Assembly: GCA_040954595.2 (NCBI GenBank)
Contig: CM082584.2
Coordinates: 8,017,919-8,081,918 of the forward strand
From: Balanoglossus misakiensis
Taxonomy: Eukaryota; Animalia; Hemichordata
DNA length: 64,000 bases
Reading direction: 5' to 3'
Shown: one piece after another, positions 38,722-52,992 of the stretch
How the letters are laid out: each line of letters begins with the position of its first letter
How positions within the stretch are numbered: position 1 is the first letter of the stretch
Translations under genes and position numbers: made by a program
Notes under the pieces: generated by a model
What the model was told of the DNA's origin: nothing
What the model saw: the letters and a program-made list of their open reading frames with translations, nothing else
The model's database searches: none

Positions 38722-41700
38722 AACTAAGCGGGACCCGTGGTTGTTGTCCATGGGATTATCACTGCTTTACTGTATACACTTACTGGTGGGAAGATGAGCC
38801 GGCAAGGCGATTCTCTGATGCAGGATTTACGGGCAGTATAGCAAAATCTACTTGGTCAGCTGGACAGGAGTCGTGGACAGGTTTCCTCGTTTTCACCAAG
38901 GATCACCTCCCACGTTCAAGAGTACGTGAGGTGCTCCCTGTAATATAGCCTTTCAACCCGACAACATGTCCGCAAATCGAAGTACGTCACCGAGAAGTAC
39001 GTCAACGACGGATGCAAGGATGTATTTTTATGTAACCGATGTTATAAACCAAGGTTACGAGTGCAATAATATATCGTCCTGAATTTTTTAGTGGGTTCAA
39101 CTTCGACGTTAACGCACAATTGTTATGCGAGAACACATCCTCTTTTTTCCATCGTGCCCGTGTATGTAAAGTAATCACATGTGGGCCACCCATTGTATTA
39201 TTGTCGTGTGCATTATAATTCCACTGATATTTTGTAACATAATATCGGAGAGCATTGAGCGATGTTTGCTATGTCAATAAAAAGTGTCTCAGTGTTTCAC
39301 CACCTTATTGGACAAAATGGCGAGCATATTTTCTCGCCGGGGGAAGTTGATTAAAAATATTGTTTTTATTCAATTTTGAAGGGACTGGTTTGTAAAACAT
39401 TTAAATGAGAACACATTAAAACTTCAGCGTCCCGTTTAATAACAGTGGTAATACATAATGCGACGGTAACATTTGCTATATGATTTCCATAGACTGTTTT
39501 GCTCACGGAAGGGGAAAGGCGGCTGTATGGGCGAATATTTCAGGGAGTATGTGTTTAATTGTCGCAAATAGTATGTGGTACATTCATTGTAATATTTCGA
39601 GGTTTCATTTCACCCATGATGAGTACAAACATCTTTGTGTTTTTTTAAATGCAGAATCGAAAATCCGTCATTACGCGTTGGCAATCACTATACTCACTGA
39701 ACTGATGTATACATTGTATGAATACGTCACGGAATGTGTGCAGTGACTGACAATGTGCCTATTTTGTATAATGTGTGACGCAGACTGTTTTTTTTTTTTT
39801 TTTCAATGTTTTTGTCTTAAGCATTATGGCTAGTGTTAATTTGCTGACATTGCTATACGGAGTGTTATCTATGCCCAACAAGCCAAAAGATCATTTGCAA
39901 ATGTGTACAAATGCGGCAGTTTCATTTGTACGTATGTGACATCCGCCCTACACTATACCCGCGTATTGTACAATTGATACGGGTGGGGTCATGCGTAATA
40001 TTTACATCTCGCAATTTAGATGTGGACAATTCGAGTCATTCTTCAGTCCTAAATTGCAATTACTCACTGCAACGTCGAGACGGAAACGGCTTTGAAGGGT
40101 GGCAACAGACAACCCGTAAAACACGCCACGGCTGCGTTAATTAACCTGTTCCCAAAGCAACCTCCACGAATTCGGTTGTCAGGACAACCATTCTCTATGA
40201 TATTGTCTCCTCAGTGAATTATTAATGTTAACGCCAATGCGCAATCAATAATACAGGTAGCTTGCTAAGTGGAGAAGCTTTTGTATCGGGGCTTAACTGT
40301 AGATCGAGTTTGAATAGTATAATGTACATGTATAGAAATTAATATCAGATGTGTATCTAAGTACGTGCTGACAGAAAATGAACACACGGAGACTGACACG
40401 GAGAGAGACTGACGGACAAACGAAGACTGACAGAACAGAACAGACCAAGAATATATTTTAAAATTGGATATATGTATATGAGTTTTTCCTAAGTCTCAAG
40501 GGATCACATGTGATATCCTTATTTTCATTACGTTCACTCTAAATTTTCACCCGCCACAGTTATGTTACCTCTGTTTTAAAGCACAACGTCATATGGGTGG
40601 AAGGGTAATATTAGTCGCCTTACATAATTGTGAAATTTTCTCTCTGGTGCAAGAAAGCTATTTCTACGACATGTTTCATATTATACAGAATAAAGATGTT
40701 GAAGACGTCTTCATTATTTTTCCCTGGGGCTGTACATAACTCGGTGCATAAAGTTGGTTGCTATAGCGTCCGTGCAGTGTGCGTGCACGGAAATCTATTG
40801 CAACCTCGAATCGATACCCAGAAATGCAGTTTAGTACAATGAAGTTAGCAGAGGGAGAATTGGCGGCATACGTCACAGATAGAATGGAGAGTTTTGTCTG
40901 AGCCTCAAACAACGCGAGATCACTACATTGTTAAACGTTGCATCTGAAAAGAGTGAGCCGCCATATTGGACTGGGGGATACTGGACACACAAAGACACGG
41001 ACGGTTCTCATCAACACCATTAACACTGTCCTGTCAAGTAATTGTTAATTAGCACTCATTAGCGCATATGTCCCCACAATGACGCGATTAAGACCGGTCG
41101 TCATTTTAACGCCCCTTGCTCAACACACACGTAGCTGTGTTCGCATTTATGTTCAAGGGTTACATACCTCAGCAAAACAAGCATATCTTATGACAGTCCT
41201 CCACACACGTGGAGTCTTCGAAGAGAAAAATAACCCGCATTCCGACGTGTTCCGTTTCGATTAATCGCGATTCCCAAGACACAAATGTTATTAATATATT
41301 GCCAGCGGTGGCTCTTTGGTGTCTTCAGAGGGCACGGATCGTATAAATAAAACGCGAAAACAAATTTTACTCGCTCCAACTCTCCGGGTACAGAGAGCCA
41401 GACTGTCACAACCTCGTTCAGTGGCCATAGCACGCAATTATACTATAGGACGTCGTTTTCATTATAAATCCACATAGATTACTTCTTCCCTGAGTTCTAA
41501 ATGACAGCTTATCCGGGAAGACGATTATTTTGCAAATTTAATCAACCTCGTACCTTTGTTTTCATGTAATGGATTAAAAGTTCAGATCACTTTAATATAT
41601 TTTACCAGTGTGTAGTCCATGTACTTTTTGCATTTCAAACGAGTTCATCCCATATAACATTTATTAAAAGTCCTTCGTGGTTTAATACGACATGGCCTAT

Positions 41701-43838
41701 TGATTGGTTTTCCCTTCGGGTCATTCCGTGGCTTTGGAATGTATTGGAAAGTAACAAAAATCACCCAAAATTCGCAAAGTTGGGAATTTGTCATTTATTT
41801 ATCTCTAGCTGGGACATATACCTGAAGCCAACGGCACCGAAAGCATTCTATAGATCTGTTGGTATTGTACAAGAAATCGGTATACAGACACTCTAAAGTA
41901 CATGTACTGATCTGTCACTCTTGCCACTGAATCACCAGCCACCTATCGCACGAATGATCTCCTCGTGAATAAGAAGAGCTGCCATTACTCTAATGGAATG
42001 GTTTGCCACAACCGCGGCTGTCAGCAAATGTAATGCAAGTGAATAAAGTAAGAAATCTCAAACCACGGTCTCTAACAAAAAAAAACATGTAACCGTATAT
42101 CCTATGCACGTATGCCGTACGCGGGTTATTAGTGGGATTTGGTTAAAACGAGAAATCAACCAACCGAAACCGATCGTGTTTGCGGATTAACACGTGACCA
42201 GGCAGTGTTATCGTAGAACCTGTCCACGACTCGCTTACAAGACGTATAGGAAAACGGTCACGTAAATGCATTCACTTAATACGCTGAAACGTCGACAAAT
42301 CACGCGCACGCGCACTGATACATCTTATCACCACGAATATGCTCAGAAGCGGAACTACATGTGTTCATCTCCCACACACGTATGTCTGATGGGGACGTGA
42401 TCATTTTGCTTAGCAGAAATTATACCTGGCGGGATTTTAATCTTAATTGCTTAATAACCCTGGGTGGAATCGTTGTGTTGTCAGTGTAAATCGAGTACAT
42501 TTGCTGAGAATTTGCAAAAACAAGCCCAAGCCAGCGTTTGAGGCTGATTGTGTTCGTTCTTTTTGAGCGAAGTTGGAATTTCGAGAAATGGAAAAGCCTA
42601 CCTGGAAGGAATTTCACGGTAGTTCGAAATCTACTGAATTACACGTAAGACTACATGGCGGTTGGGAAATACAGAAGTCTTTCAGTTTATTTGCACTCTT
42701 CGTACGCTGACCTGCCATTGAATAAAATCTACTTAAAAGGAGAGTAGACACACTAGTTACTGTACACTGTCCATTACCGCAAATTGCTGTCTTTCAGACA
42801 GATTGACTGTAAATAATGAGTTCGCCTCAACTGACATGCGCAAATCGTCCCGGTGTTTTCTGTAAATCCTTGTCTCTCTGCGCAGATTCGTTTTGGCGTT
42901 AACTGATATTGCATTTCCGCGCTTGGCGACGAGTGAGTTTTTGTGTGGGCATGACATACGATCGTTTTCTGGCAAAACCATCACAGATGAGACATATCAA
43001 ATGCAATTACAGTTAGTCTAGAGGAGAATGTTCGATTTTAAGCCGGGGGGAGGGGGGTTGAGCGAACCTGGGCCTGAGATAAGGATCGTATCATTGTTTG
43101 AAGGGCCATCTCAATTTTTAAACATTTCGACAATTCCTCATGACAAATGTATTTTAGGCACACTTCCACTAGCAGCTGGTCCAGTTTTTTATTGTACCAT
43201 GCATTTGTGTACAATTTCACATCACTAGAAAAAACGCCCTATGTACACAATAGGTCTACATGCATGTACTGGACTTTTTCTGGTAATAACAGGCAGTTGT
43301 ATACAGATGTTGTAGCTTCTACACACGTACATATTAGGGGTATACGTAATCCAGTTGTATTATTTTCAATATTTTGATGTATATAAAATACTCATTGACA
43401 GGCATAATGATGACGATAAGCGATCATAATGGCAGAACAAATGATTGCTTTGCTTTTATGGCCTACAACAGAGCTCTTTAAACCTGTTTCAAAAAGCATG
43501 GCGTTCTATATGAATTCTACATTCATCCGTTTTATATCACAGTCTTCCCAGTACAAGCAAATAATTATCTGTCAATTTCGGCTCTCGGCGAAAAAGTGCC
43601 AAACTACAGCTGTTACGACACACCCTGTTTAGTTGCTTGGTCGAGAGAGGGGTAGCTTTTCTTTGCATAACAAAGGGCCCTGCCTTTTCAACTAGTTCAT
43701 TTAAATATTAGTAATAACCATATGGTCACCTATATAAAAGGCCTTCTCACAAAATCCACGAGGCACACTTCTCAACACCGACTCGGAGGAGCACGTCACT
43801 CCACATCGCCTTGGGAATTTTTACCTAGCTGGGCTGGA

Positions 43839-43975
43839 TTCTGTGAGCAACGGACTTCATGAGCAACGGACTTTCTGTGAGCAACGGACTTCATGAGCAA
43901 CGGACTTTGTGTGAGCAACGGACTTCTGTGAGCAACTGGCTTCTGTGAATGTCGGACTTTGTCAGCGACAGACTT
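43839..43975. repeat. 16-18-bp minisatellite (core TGAGCAACGGACTT), about 6 good and 2 decayed units
   Basis: ttctgtgagcaacggac and ttcatgagcaacggac units alternate, then degrade toward the 3' end. Confidence 0.9.
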
Positions 43976-46900
43976 GTGTGCCTTGGTGAATCTTGAGTTC
44001 GGCCAGGACAATAATAACTCCTCGACCAACTCCGTTTCGCAAAATTTCCAAAACAAAAGTTTCAATGCCAGACAGTTGCTGGCGCTGTCTCCGTCGCTCC
44101 TTTCGCTGACTCGAGATTTTACAACGAACACCAGGCAACAGAGTACCTCCCGCTTTCTTGTGGTGTCTCAAACCATCGTCACAACAAGTTCACACAAAAC
44201 GATGAAGTCGAACAATTCTGGACTAGTCCAAGTCGCAGTCAAATCGACAGTGAAGAGATGCAGAGACTACATGTGCTACCATTAACCTGATGGAATAAAC
44301 GCACTTTTCTGTCGGACGGCAACTAAATGTAACGCCGTGGGATCGAACACAGTCATAATGTGTTGCCTTTTCATGGAGCAGACATAACACCTGGAGTAAT
44401 ATGCATATAAAGACTACGAAAAGATAGATTACGTATTGAGCAAAAAATACCATACGGCTAGTGGAGCCGTAACGGGAATCATAGGAAACCACCGTCACGC
44501 AACATCGCAAGACGACAAAATATACTCTCTCTCACTCAGGTAACGGAAATCAGATAGATGTACATTTGCCTTCCCTACCACCTACAAGTTTCCTCTTCCA
44601 TTCAGAGCGTGAAACTCACCGCTGCATTGAACGAGCTCTTGTCGGCGTCTTTGATGATAGCATCTGTTGATAACTGCGCCCCGTGTACGTCTAAAATCAA
44701 TTTACAGATCATTGGAGGGAACACATAACACAGCCAAGGTAATCAGACTGTCGTGTACACGTATTCCATTTGATACGGTGGGCCAAGCCGAAGTTCTAAG
44801 TGGGTAAAGATGCGCAATTGTTTGAGACAATTTGTGACTGACCCTAGGTGTTTTTTTTGTAAACGTCACGTTCTATATTGAAAAGAGAAGTAATTTAATA
44901 TACCTCAAGTGCAAATTAGAGAATGCATTTCCCAGTCACACATGGCGGCAGTACGTGCTATGACGTCCACACATTGTTGAATTAGCCGACGCTACAGTAT
45001 AGGGTTCACAGATACGCTCTTTTCGCTATTTCTACCTCAATAACATCGTGTGTTTTTTATGTTTTCAAACGAGCCGCACAGAAATAGCGATCTTAAAAGG
45101 ACTTGAAGTGACACAACCATGTTTTTCTTTCTTCCAAGACGTGCAGAATACGGGACGCAGATTAAAAGCACCGCTCCCGCTCTTGAAATCTACGTGGTTA
45201 GCGATTAACACGTTGTTTGTATGTGATCGGTTCTCAGTGTTGGCCTGCGAAACTCTTCGTATAGGGATTGTTAGATAATTCGTTCAGACGCGTTGATCCT
45301 CGAACGCCTCTTCTTTGGCTCAAGTGAGACATGCAACTCACGATTTCAAGCCACCGTGTGCCTTTTAAGTGGCAAAATTGCAGAAAGTAACGCGTCAGCC
45401 TACCAGCTTTGAGCAAAACATGTTACTAGAGATCGGAAAATCTTTCCTAAAAATGCACGATTTATCGTAGGGGTCGCAGACATGTCGTTGTTGATTTTCC
45501 ACACGTGATGCTCGATGGTTTCCATCGTCGGTAAGTGCACACCATATCACAATACAATCCCCCAGAAGCTTTTTAAGACTGAATGCACACCTGGTGGAAC
45601 TTAACTTATGAATAAGTTATAGGCATGATCGTTGTACGCGTTTTCGCAAAGAAAAGATGGTCTTAATTCGTCTTATTCCCTTAGGTATAGAAGAAAATAC
45701 ACCCTCACATGTATACCGGTGTAGTTCTATCCTCACATCAAGGCCCAGCTTCTTGCGAAAATGACGTCATTTTGTTTCTGATTGCCAGGGTTCTCTGCCT
45801 GTGCATCGGTTTCGTGACTTGAACAATTATCCCGAAGCATGTTCTGAGTAATCGTACTTTACCAGGAAGTGTGGCGAATGGTGCATTGAACCGTACACGG
45901 CAAGCTCCATGGAGGAGCCTGTAAATATCATGCGAAGAAAATAGGACATTTTCTTTTGTATGAGCCGTAAGTTTAAATGTCATGTACATGTTATCGAAGG
46001 ATGCATTGCACTTTTTCATGGGCCAGTTCCGTGTTTAAATGTCATGTACACGGTCACAGAAAAAAATCACTCAACATGGCTATGAAGATGGGTCATGGTT
46101 AATCCAAGCGTATAGAGTAATGACTCTAGTCACTGTTGAAAACTATGCTACAACTAATGGAGGTTAAATAGCGTAGAAAAATCGCATTAAAACCAATGTT
46201 TCACCGCATCAACGCATGTGCTCACATAGAACAGGTTTTTGTTCAGTTTTCTTTTAAAAAAACAACAACAATATCATGACCCCCCCCCCCCCTGTTTTAA
46301 TCGCTACTTGGTGTGGACTGAGACCGACAAAGACGTCTTTAATGGTAGTCCACTTCAATATTACAGTATATCTTCTGATTGATTCCTGTGGTTTGTGTTT
46401 CGGTACAAATTCTCAGGCATTGTGCTGGAAATGCACACCGGACTGCTTACAAAGCCTCGCCCCGGATTTCGCGCGGCACCATCAGTAAGTCGTAAGCCAC
46501 TTTGAAGAATTATGGTCAAAACTCACTCGAATTACAGAGAACTTGAGGAAATTACGCGAATGTGTTGCATGCGAATTAGACTAAATGTTTAACTGCTGAG
46601 TACCAACTTAGTCTCACAGTCGCCAAATTCACTGAAGGTTCATTCGGATCGCCCGTCTGATTTTGTTCTTTGAACGATTTCTTTTTTGAACGGATCAGGA
46701 CGATTTACATCGATTGTCAGACATTGGGGCGCCAAATGCACAGACCGGTTTTTTACCAAACCTTGCATTTGTGATTACCAACCTTTCAGCCGGACTGTCG
46801 AACATAAGTTGGCGTGTAATGATCAAGGGAGTGGGTGTTTGGCTTCAACTTTTTGCGGCAATTTTCTGACTGTGCTGTAGTATAGTAAGGCACGGCGTGC

Positions 46901-47616
46901 ATAAACGATCCGAAAAAAATCCACATCCATCAAAATCGGTAAACAGCGCACACACTGCGAATGCTGCGGTATACATAAAAGGCACGATGGTATAAATGTC
47001 GAGAGTGTGTGATTCGAACATTATGTGGATGTGTACATGAATGTTTTGATGGCAACGCACGCTCTCCGTTCCAAACTTAAGTAGCCAGCGCTATTACGAG
47101 GCACGTGCAAACTCACCGAGAGCCGGCGAGTATACCGACTGAAGTGCCGGACATGTTTGTAATACCACTTGCCGCTCAGAACCTTCGTTCTTTCGAGAAG
47201 CACACGCTGGGCAGCCCACATAAAGCTACATTCGCATTTGACCGGCTGAATAACATGTTGCTCTGGTTGTCGATTTAGGTTCCAATTTTCGGAAATGTTT
47301 TCGGGAACGCATGGACGTATATGTCATATGCATTTTATTGTACAACAACGGCATTAGTTGCAAGTCTTGCATCGATATCTTGAGGTCAACCGCAGTTTGT
47401 CATGTTCTGATGAAAGAGGCAAGGTCGGTCTCTGTTCGACTTTATGGTGATTCTTTAAATGAAAAGTGTTCAAGTTGTTGATTACTTGAAACCCGATTAA
47501 GTACTAAATCAACTGTATACAACTTCCCCTCTGCTTTCTGAGAAACTTGATGAAACATTCAATGAAGCATTTTAAGGTCAGCGCCGTTAAATCAAGTTCA
47601 GTTGACGACTGACTTC

Positions 47617-47680
47617 ATGCATGCATACATATGCATGTACATGTACATACATGCATGTATACATGTACTATGTATGAATA
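47617..47680. repeat. CATG/TACA low-complexity repeat
   Basis: atgcatgcatacatatgcatgtacatgtacatac... visible directly. Confidence 0.75.
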
Positions 47681-50600
47681 TACACCGGCCGTCACATGTA
47701 CTATGTAATATAGACCTTGTGCGGGCATTTGCTATGATGTCTTGATCATTTGTGATGCCTTCCATACAATAAGGAAGAAAACTTTCACATACAATGTGGC
47801 TATGTTTTTCTCTCGAGGAATTTAAGCTGGAATAGACTTGGTTCTGTTATCCTGGAAGTCACAAAGTTATCTCTCTGCATACAACCTAGGATAACGTTTT
47901 ACTCTTTTGACGTTGTGCAACGACATTCGTTTGTACATATACCGTGGGGCTGTATAAATATATTCAGTATGTTCTTAATATCTCAAATAAGGTCTTAAAA
48001 AGCGACTTTGTAGAACATCCATGTCACGCGAGTCTTATCCCATCCGTTTATGCGTGGGATTATGAAGTGGGCTAACATTTTCTAAAATCCACCAGTGTTC
48101 ACGTCGACCTGGGGCGGGTGGATGTCGCACGTTTGGAGCAACACCACGCAGCGACTGTCCCAGGGTCATATTCAGATAGTAATGGCGTATAATGGCAAGC
48201 AAGAGACATGACTGAAGGGTAGTGCACGGATTTGAAACAGAATTAAGATCACGCCTCCGAGACATCGACGATTGTTATTAATTCCAAAGACACGACTCCC
48301 ACTATATACTCATGCAATATTTGACTTCAGCCCGAACCTATAGACAATATGGGTCCAGTCTTTGTCCATTTAGTAAATATACTGGTGGACATGCATGTAT
48401 ATATAGTTAGGGCGTATATTGAATGAAGAGATGTGTCCGAAGAGAAAAATGAAAAGGAAGAATTCAATCAAAACTGTTTATACTTTATTCTGAACAAAGC
48501 ACGTCAATAGCTGTTGTTACCTACGCGTTACTTCTCAATTTTTGAATTATCAGTATTGATTCTAAGTAGACAGTTGGCTACAGTCCAGACTAAGATACTA
48601 AGCCTGTCAAAAAAATATCGTTAAAATTTATTGATTTAATGACGAAATTACAATATTTTATACAGAGGTGACCATTTAAAAATTTAAAAAATCTAAATGT
48701 GGTAAGATGAAACTAAATTCACATATGTGAGACATCGCTACATTGTATACAGCGTTACGTGAACTCTCCTAATATCTGAGTCGGCGCCGTTCCCAGTCTT
48801 ATAGGAGTCATGGATTCATAACCGCATACTTTTATTCCCTGGACTACGGCAGCTAAGCCCCCCGCGTTCAAGAGACAGTGCCTATAACGGGGTATTATTC
48901 TCAATCCTCAAGAAAGCGGGCTTGGTTATGATTACTCCTGATTATGTTGCTGCTTGTTGTCCCAGACCAGCTTCCGGGCTTTTTTTACATGATATTACTT
49001 AGTTCTACATTATGTTATGATGTAGATAAGATACATTAGGTATATCAACCAAACGGTAACCTGAAAATTCACAACCTTTCCTAAGTAAGTTTATAAGAAA
49101 AGGATGTTGGAATGGGGGTAAATAACATTATTCAAATGGTTCGTCAGGTTTTCGCGTATTAAGATTAGACCAATTTTTAATGTTGAATTCGCCGTCTTGA
49201 CGTTGTATTTGAGAATTAGAAATAACCTTCTATGCGCGGTGAATCCATGTGGCAGCAGAAATGAAATGCGTTTTTTATGAAAAAATTGCCCCTGGCTGTA
49301 GATGCCCGTCAGATCCACTTTAGATGCTATTAATCTCCCTGGCAATTTTACTTGAATGTTTTATTAAGAAATTCTACACCTAAATATACAAAAAGCATCG
49401 AACATTCCCAGAAACAATTGATTTTGGATACCTTTTTCGGTGGTGGTGAACCGTCTGTGTCAATTCATCTGTCGATAATCAGGTTTGCCGAGAATGTGAA
49501 TTCGTCACGTTTGCATCGATTATTCACAGTTCAAGGAGCGATGAGTGTTTTGTTTACAAAGTATTTTCTGTTGGGTCTTCGTCGACGTATTGCCGTACAG
49601 ATCCGCAATTCATTTGCACGTCATATTCAAAAACACCCACGCTATCACATCTTAGAATGTGTGATCTCCAGCTTGCTCGAGTGTTGTGTGTATCTGTCAA
49701 AATGTTTTCCACTTAAGCAACGCGGCAAAATTACAGGTTAAACATTTCAGTAAAAGTATCCGGCGGGTGTGTTCGCGTACCACACTGGTTTCTCGGGTAT
49801 TATATAACAGTTACGAATACAAAAATAAAATCTATTGCCCGCAAAAATACTATGAGTCTAATGTATATTCTTGACAAGGCCATTATATGGCAATTATTAT
49901 ATCAAACTGGAAAAAAGCTTCGACTATAATCGAAAATATACTCCGATATTGGTTAGGAGCGTAAATTGTATCTCAACCCTCCATGATAACAGCCAATAAT
50001 GAAATAATCAGCTATATGCGTCCATTGGACCGTTAAATTGTCCCCTCTTCGATCTTTGTTTGCCAATTACCTTTCTAGATCTGTCACAGATGTGTTTATG
50101 TAGTATGGCTACAAGTTGTGTGACTTTGCCTTTTTAGGCGTGGCATCTACCACGTGATACAATTAAGTGCATGTATGACATGTAATTAGCAAAATAATGA
50201 AATCATGCCCTTGGCTTGCATAGTGTCAACTGGTGAAAGACGGTAGACTGTCAAGCTCATCACTTGGACCGGCATTCCAGTTCGATGGATCACGCAAAAT
50301 ATTGACAACATTGTTATGATCATGGTTCATTGTTAGCTATATTTCCATCTTTTCAGTCTCAATTACAGAATCGAGATACATATGGCAGTGATTCGTTTGC
50401 ACTTGTTAATATAATATTAGTGCATCAGCGCGTAAGACCCACACAAGGCCATAGCTGCTATACACTGATATGTCAAAACAACCGCAGCATTTCACGTGTA
50501 TTCAGAAACACCAGAGTTCATCATCGACCGTCGTGCGATCACTAAGCCCATCGTCCACAAGTCTTAGCGTTTAGGAGTGGAAACTTCAGACCTCCCGTGA

Positions 50601-51697
50601 CCGTATTTCAGTACGCTGACACTATTATTTAGAACAACCTCTGGCCACAATGTAATCTTTATCTGCTGAAACAAAATATTCAAAAGGGATTATTAAGGTG
50701 TATCGTTTCCCCCAAGGGGATGATTATTATTATAAATCTATAATTAAATACTAAAATCGTCATGAGGAAAATCGACATTCTGACATGGTATCATTTTCTG
50801 GTAAGTCGAGCTTAAGCGGTAGTGCCATATTAAAGTCAGTTGCTTTTACTAAAATATGTATTAATCCAGCTTTAACCCTATTTTCCTGCGTTGTTAAGCT
50901 CCTCCCACGCACTTTAACTACATGCCGTCTCGTGCGAAGAATTGAACATGTATATATAGTGTTGATTGTTGGCTGCGAGTCCATCAACTCGTCGTAAAGA
51001 ATAACATAATCGACGCTTTTGAACGCTTTTACCGGGGTCAGAGCCGTGGCTTTCACGTTTGAAGCAACAGACACGTCAACGGAAGACGATAAGTAAGATC
51101 CCTGACTTCTGTGAGTGAGATGACGGGCATCATTACAATAATAGAATGTGCAGCTAAATCTATCAATCCATATGTCTATCTCCCAGTCTTTTATCTGTGT
51201 ATTTATACGTCCACCAAAATATATATCAATTGAAAAATATCTCTATCTTACCATTTGTCTAACTATCTGCATATTATCTACCCTTACATCCACACGTCTG
51301 CCCGCCATTCCATACATCGAATGTATGACACGCATACCCGCTAGAGTCGAATGATAGAGGTATGTTTGATGCTTCGACGTTCCCTGACACTGTTCTGGCA
51401 AAAGAGCTTGTGTGTAGTGTCACTGATGTTCCAGGAAAACCAGTGGGGCGACCTACAAACATGTAAGTGTCCATTCTGAGAAGTCAGAAAGAATGTTGAA
51501 AGCACTGCGCATTAAGCAGAATAGGACAGTTTGGCTTCACACTTCTGTATTTAAAATCGTGCCGACTACATTAGCGAAGGATATCGACATCAAATAGGTC
51601 TACAATACTGATGTGTATTGGTCACGTACACCGGGAGAGCTTGACTGCCTATAGTTTTGCGTTAGCTTCTGGCTGCAAACGTCACAGTGTCCTTCTC

Positions 51698-51791
51698 TGA
51701 GAGAGAGAGCGAGAGAGAGAGAGAGTGAGAGGGGGGGGGGGGTGTGAGAAGAGGGAGACAGAGACAGACATAGAGGAGGGAGGGAGGGAGA
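51698..51791. repeat. (GA)n / purine-rich tract with a G-run
   Basis: gagagagag...gggggggggg...gagggaggg visible directly. Confidence 0.85.
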
Positions 51792-52939
51792 ATAAAAAGT
51801 CCTTGTGGTATACGAACATTACGTCTAGTAAAATTATCTTGCTTGATGCACTTGGCCCAGTCCACGTGTAAGAACCGATGACGTCCAACTCCGAGTAGTT
51901 TCTTGATTAGATTTACCGCGAGCTCAGTCCGTTGCGGTTCTTATTCCAAAAAAAAATACGTGGGGTGGTATAGTTACCTGGTTTAATTGACGCGTTCACT
52001 TTGTCGAACAAAGCGCCGTGGCTGTGTGTTTCATTATTTTCACAGCACACCTCAAATTAACACGAGATGACGCCGCAGGCTAAATGGAAATATCAGATAT
52101 CATCGGATATCAGCTTCTTACTTCGGAATTGATTAAATGTGTCTTTCCTGTCTTCGATCATTCAACTTTCATTATTAAATCCAAGGTGTCAGAGAGATAG
52201 CTCCTTTGGGTAATAATGAGCGAAATGACCATTGCGGTGATCTTCTCGGGGATCGCGGCTTGGTGCGGGCATTGTCATAACGACGGTAATCAGGCATGTT
52301 AGCATTTTGTGTTGACTGTGTACGTGGCAAATGAAGGTGGTTAAACTTGAGTGAAATGACTGTGGTTGATAGAGTTATGTTGGGAGGCCGTGTTTCATGC
52401 TAGATAGTAAGTAGGAATACGCCCCCCCCCCCCCCCATTGCCGGCAACAACTAAGACGAATCAGAACATATACATATACACGACTTTCGCTTAGCTCTTG
52501 CACCAAAGAGAGAGCTCCTAAACGACGAAGCATAAAGGTCATAAATTGTCTGTGCAAATATACTTCCCTGCGGGTCGAAAACTGATGTTTAATACAAACC
52601 GTGTGCGCATGCGCCTATCGGTGTTCCCAGGATAAAGCTGACAATCGAAGAGTAGCAACGCCAGTCTTGCTGAACACATCCACTGAATAGTTCAGGCGGC
52701 CCTTCAACCGCGAGAATAGTGTTCAAGTCAAGTAATACAGGTAAGGGTGTTCTAATAAGGATTCTTGCATGTTGAAGTCTATGTCTGCCAATTCGTTTCA
52801 CATTTAAACATAAACGTTTCCTTGTCTGTTTGTTAGATTGTAAATTACGCAGTTAACTACAATGATGATGATGCAGAATTTAAAAAGTGTGTTGCTTTAT
52901 GTCACATTGATCATGGTGTTGCTGTTTTTTGGATATAAG

Positions 52940-52992
52940 TCTCTCTCTCTCGCCCTTCCCCCCCCCCTCTCTCTCTCTCTCTCCCTCTCTCT
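52940..52992. repeat. (CT)n / poly-C pyrimidine tract
   Basis: Direct inspection; a shorter (CT)n lies at 54761-54781. Confidence 0.85.

Noticed and set aside
43796-44285. Repeat-containing ORFs and a CRISPR-like appearance
   Set aside because: Contiguous minisatellite units without unique spacers, eukaryotic context, no cas genes.
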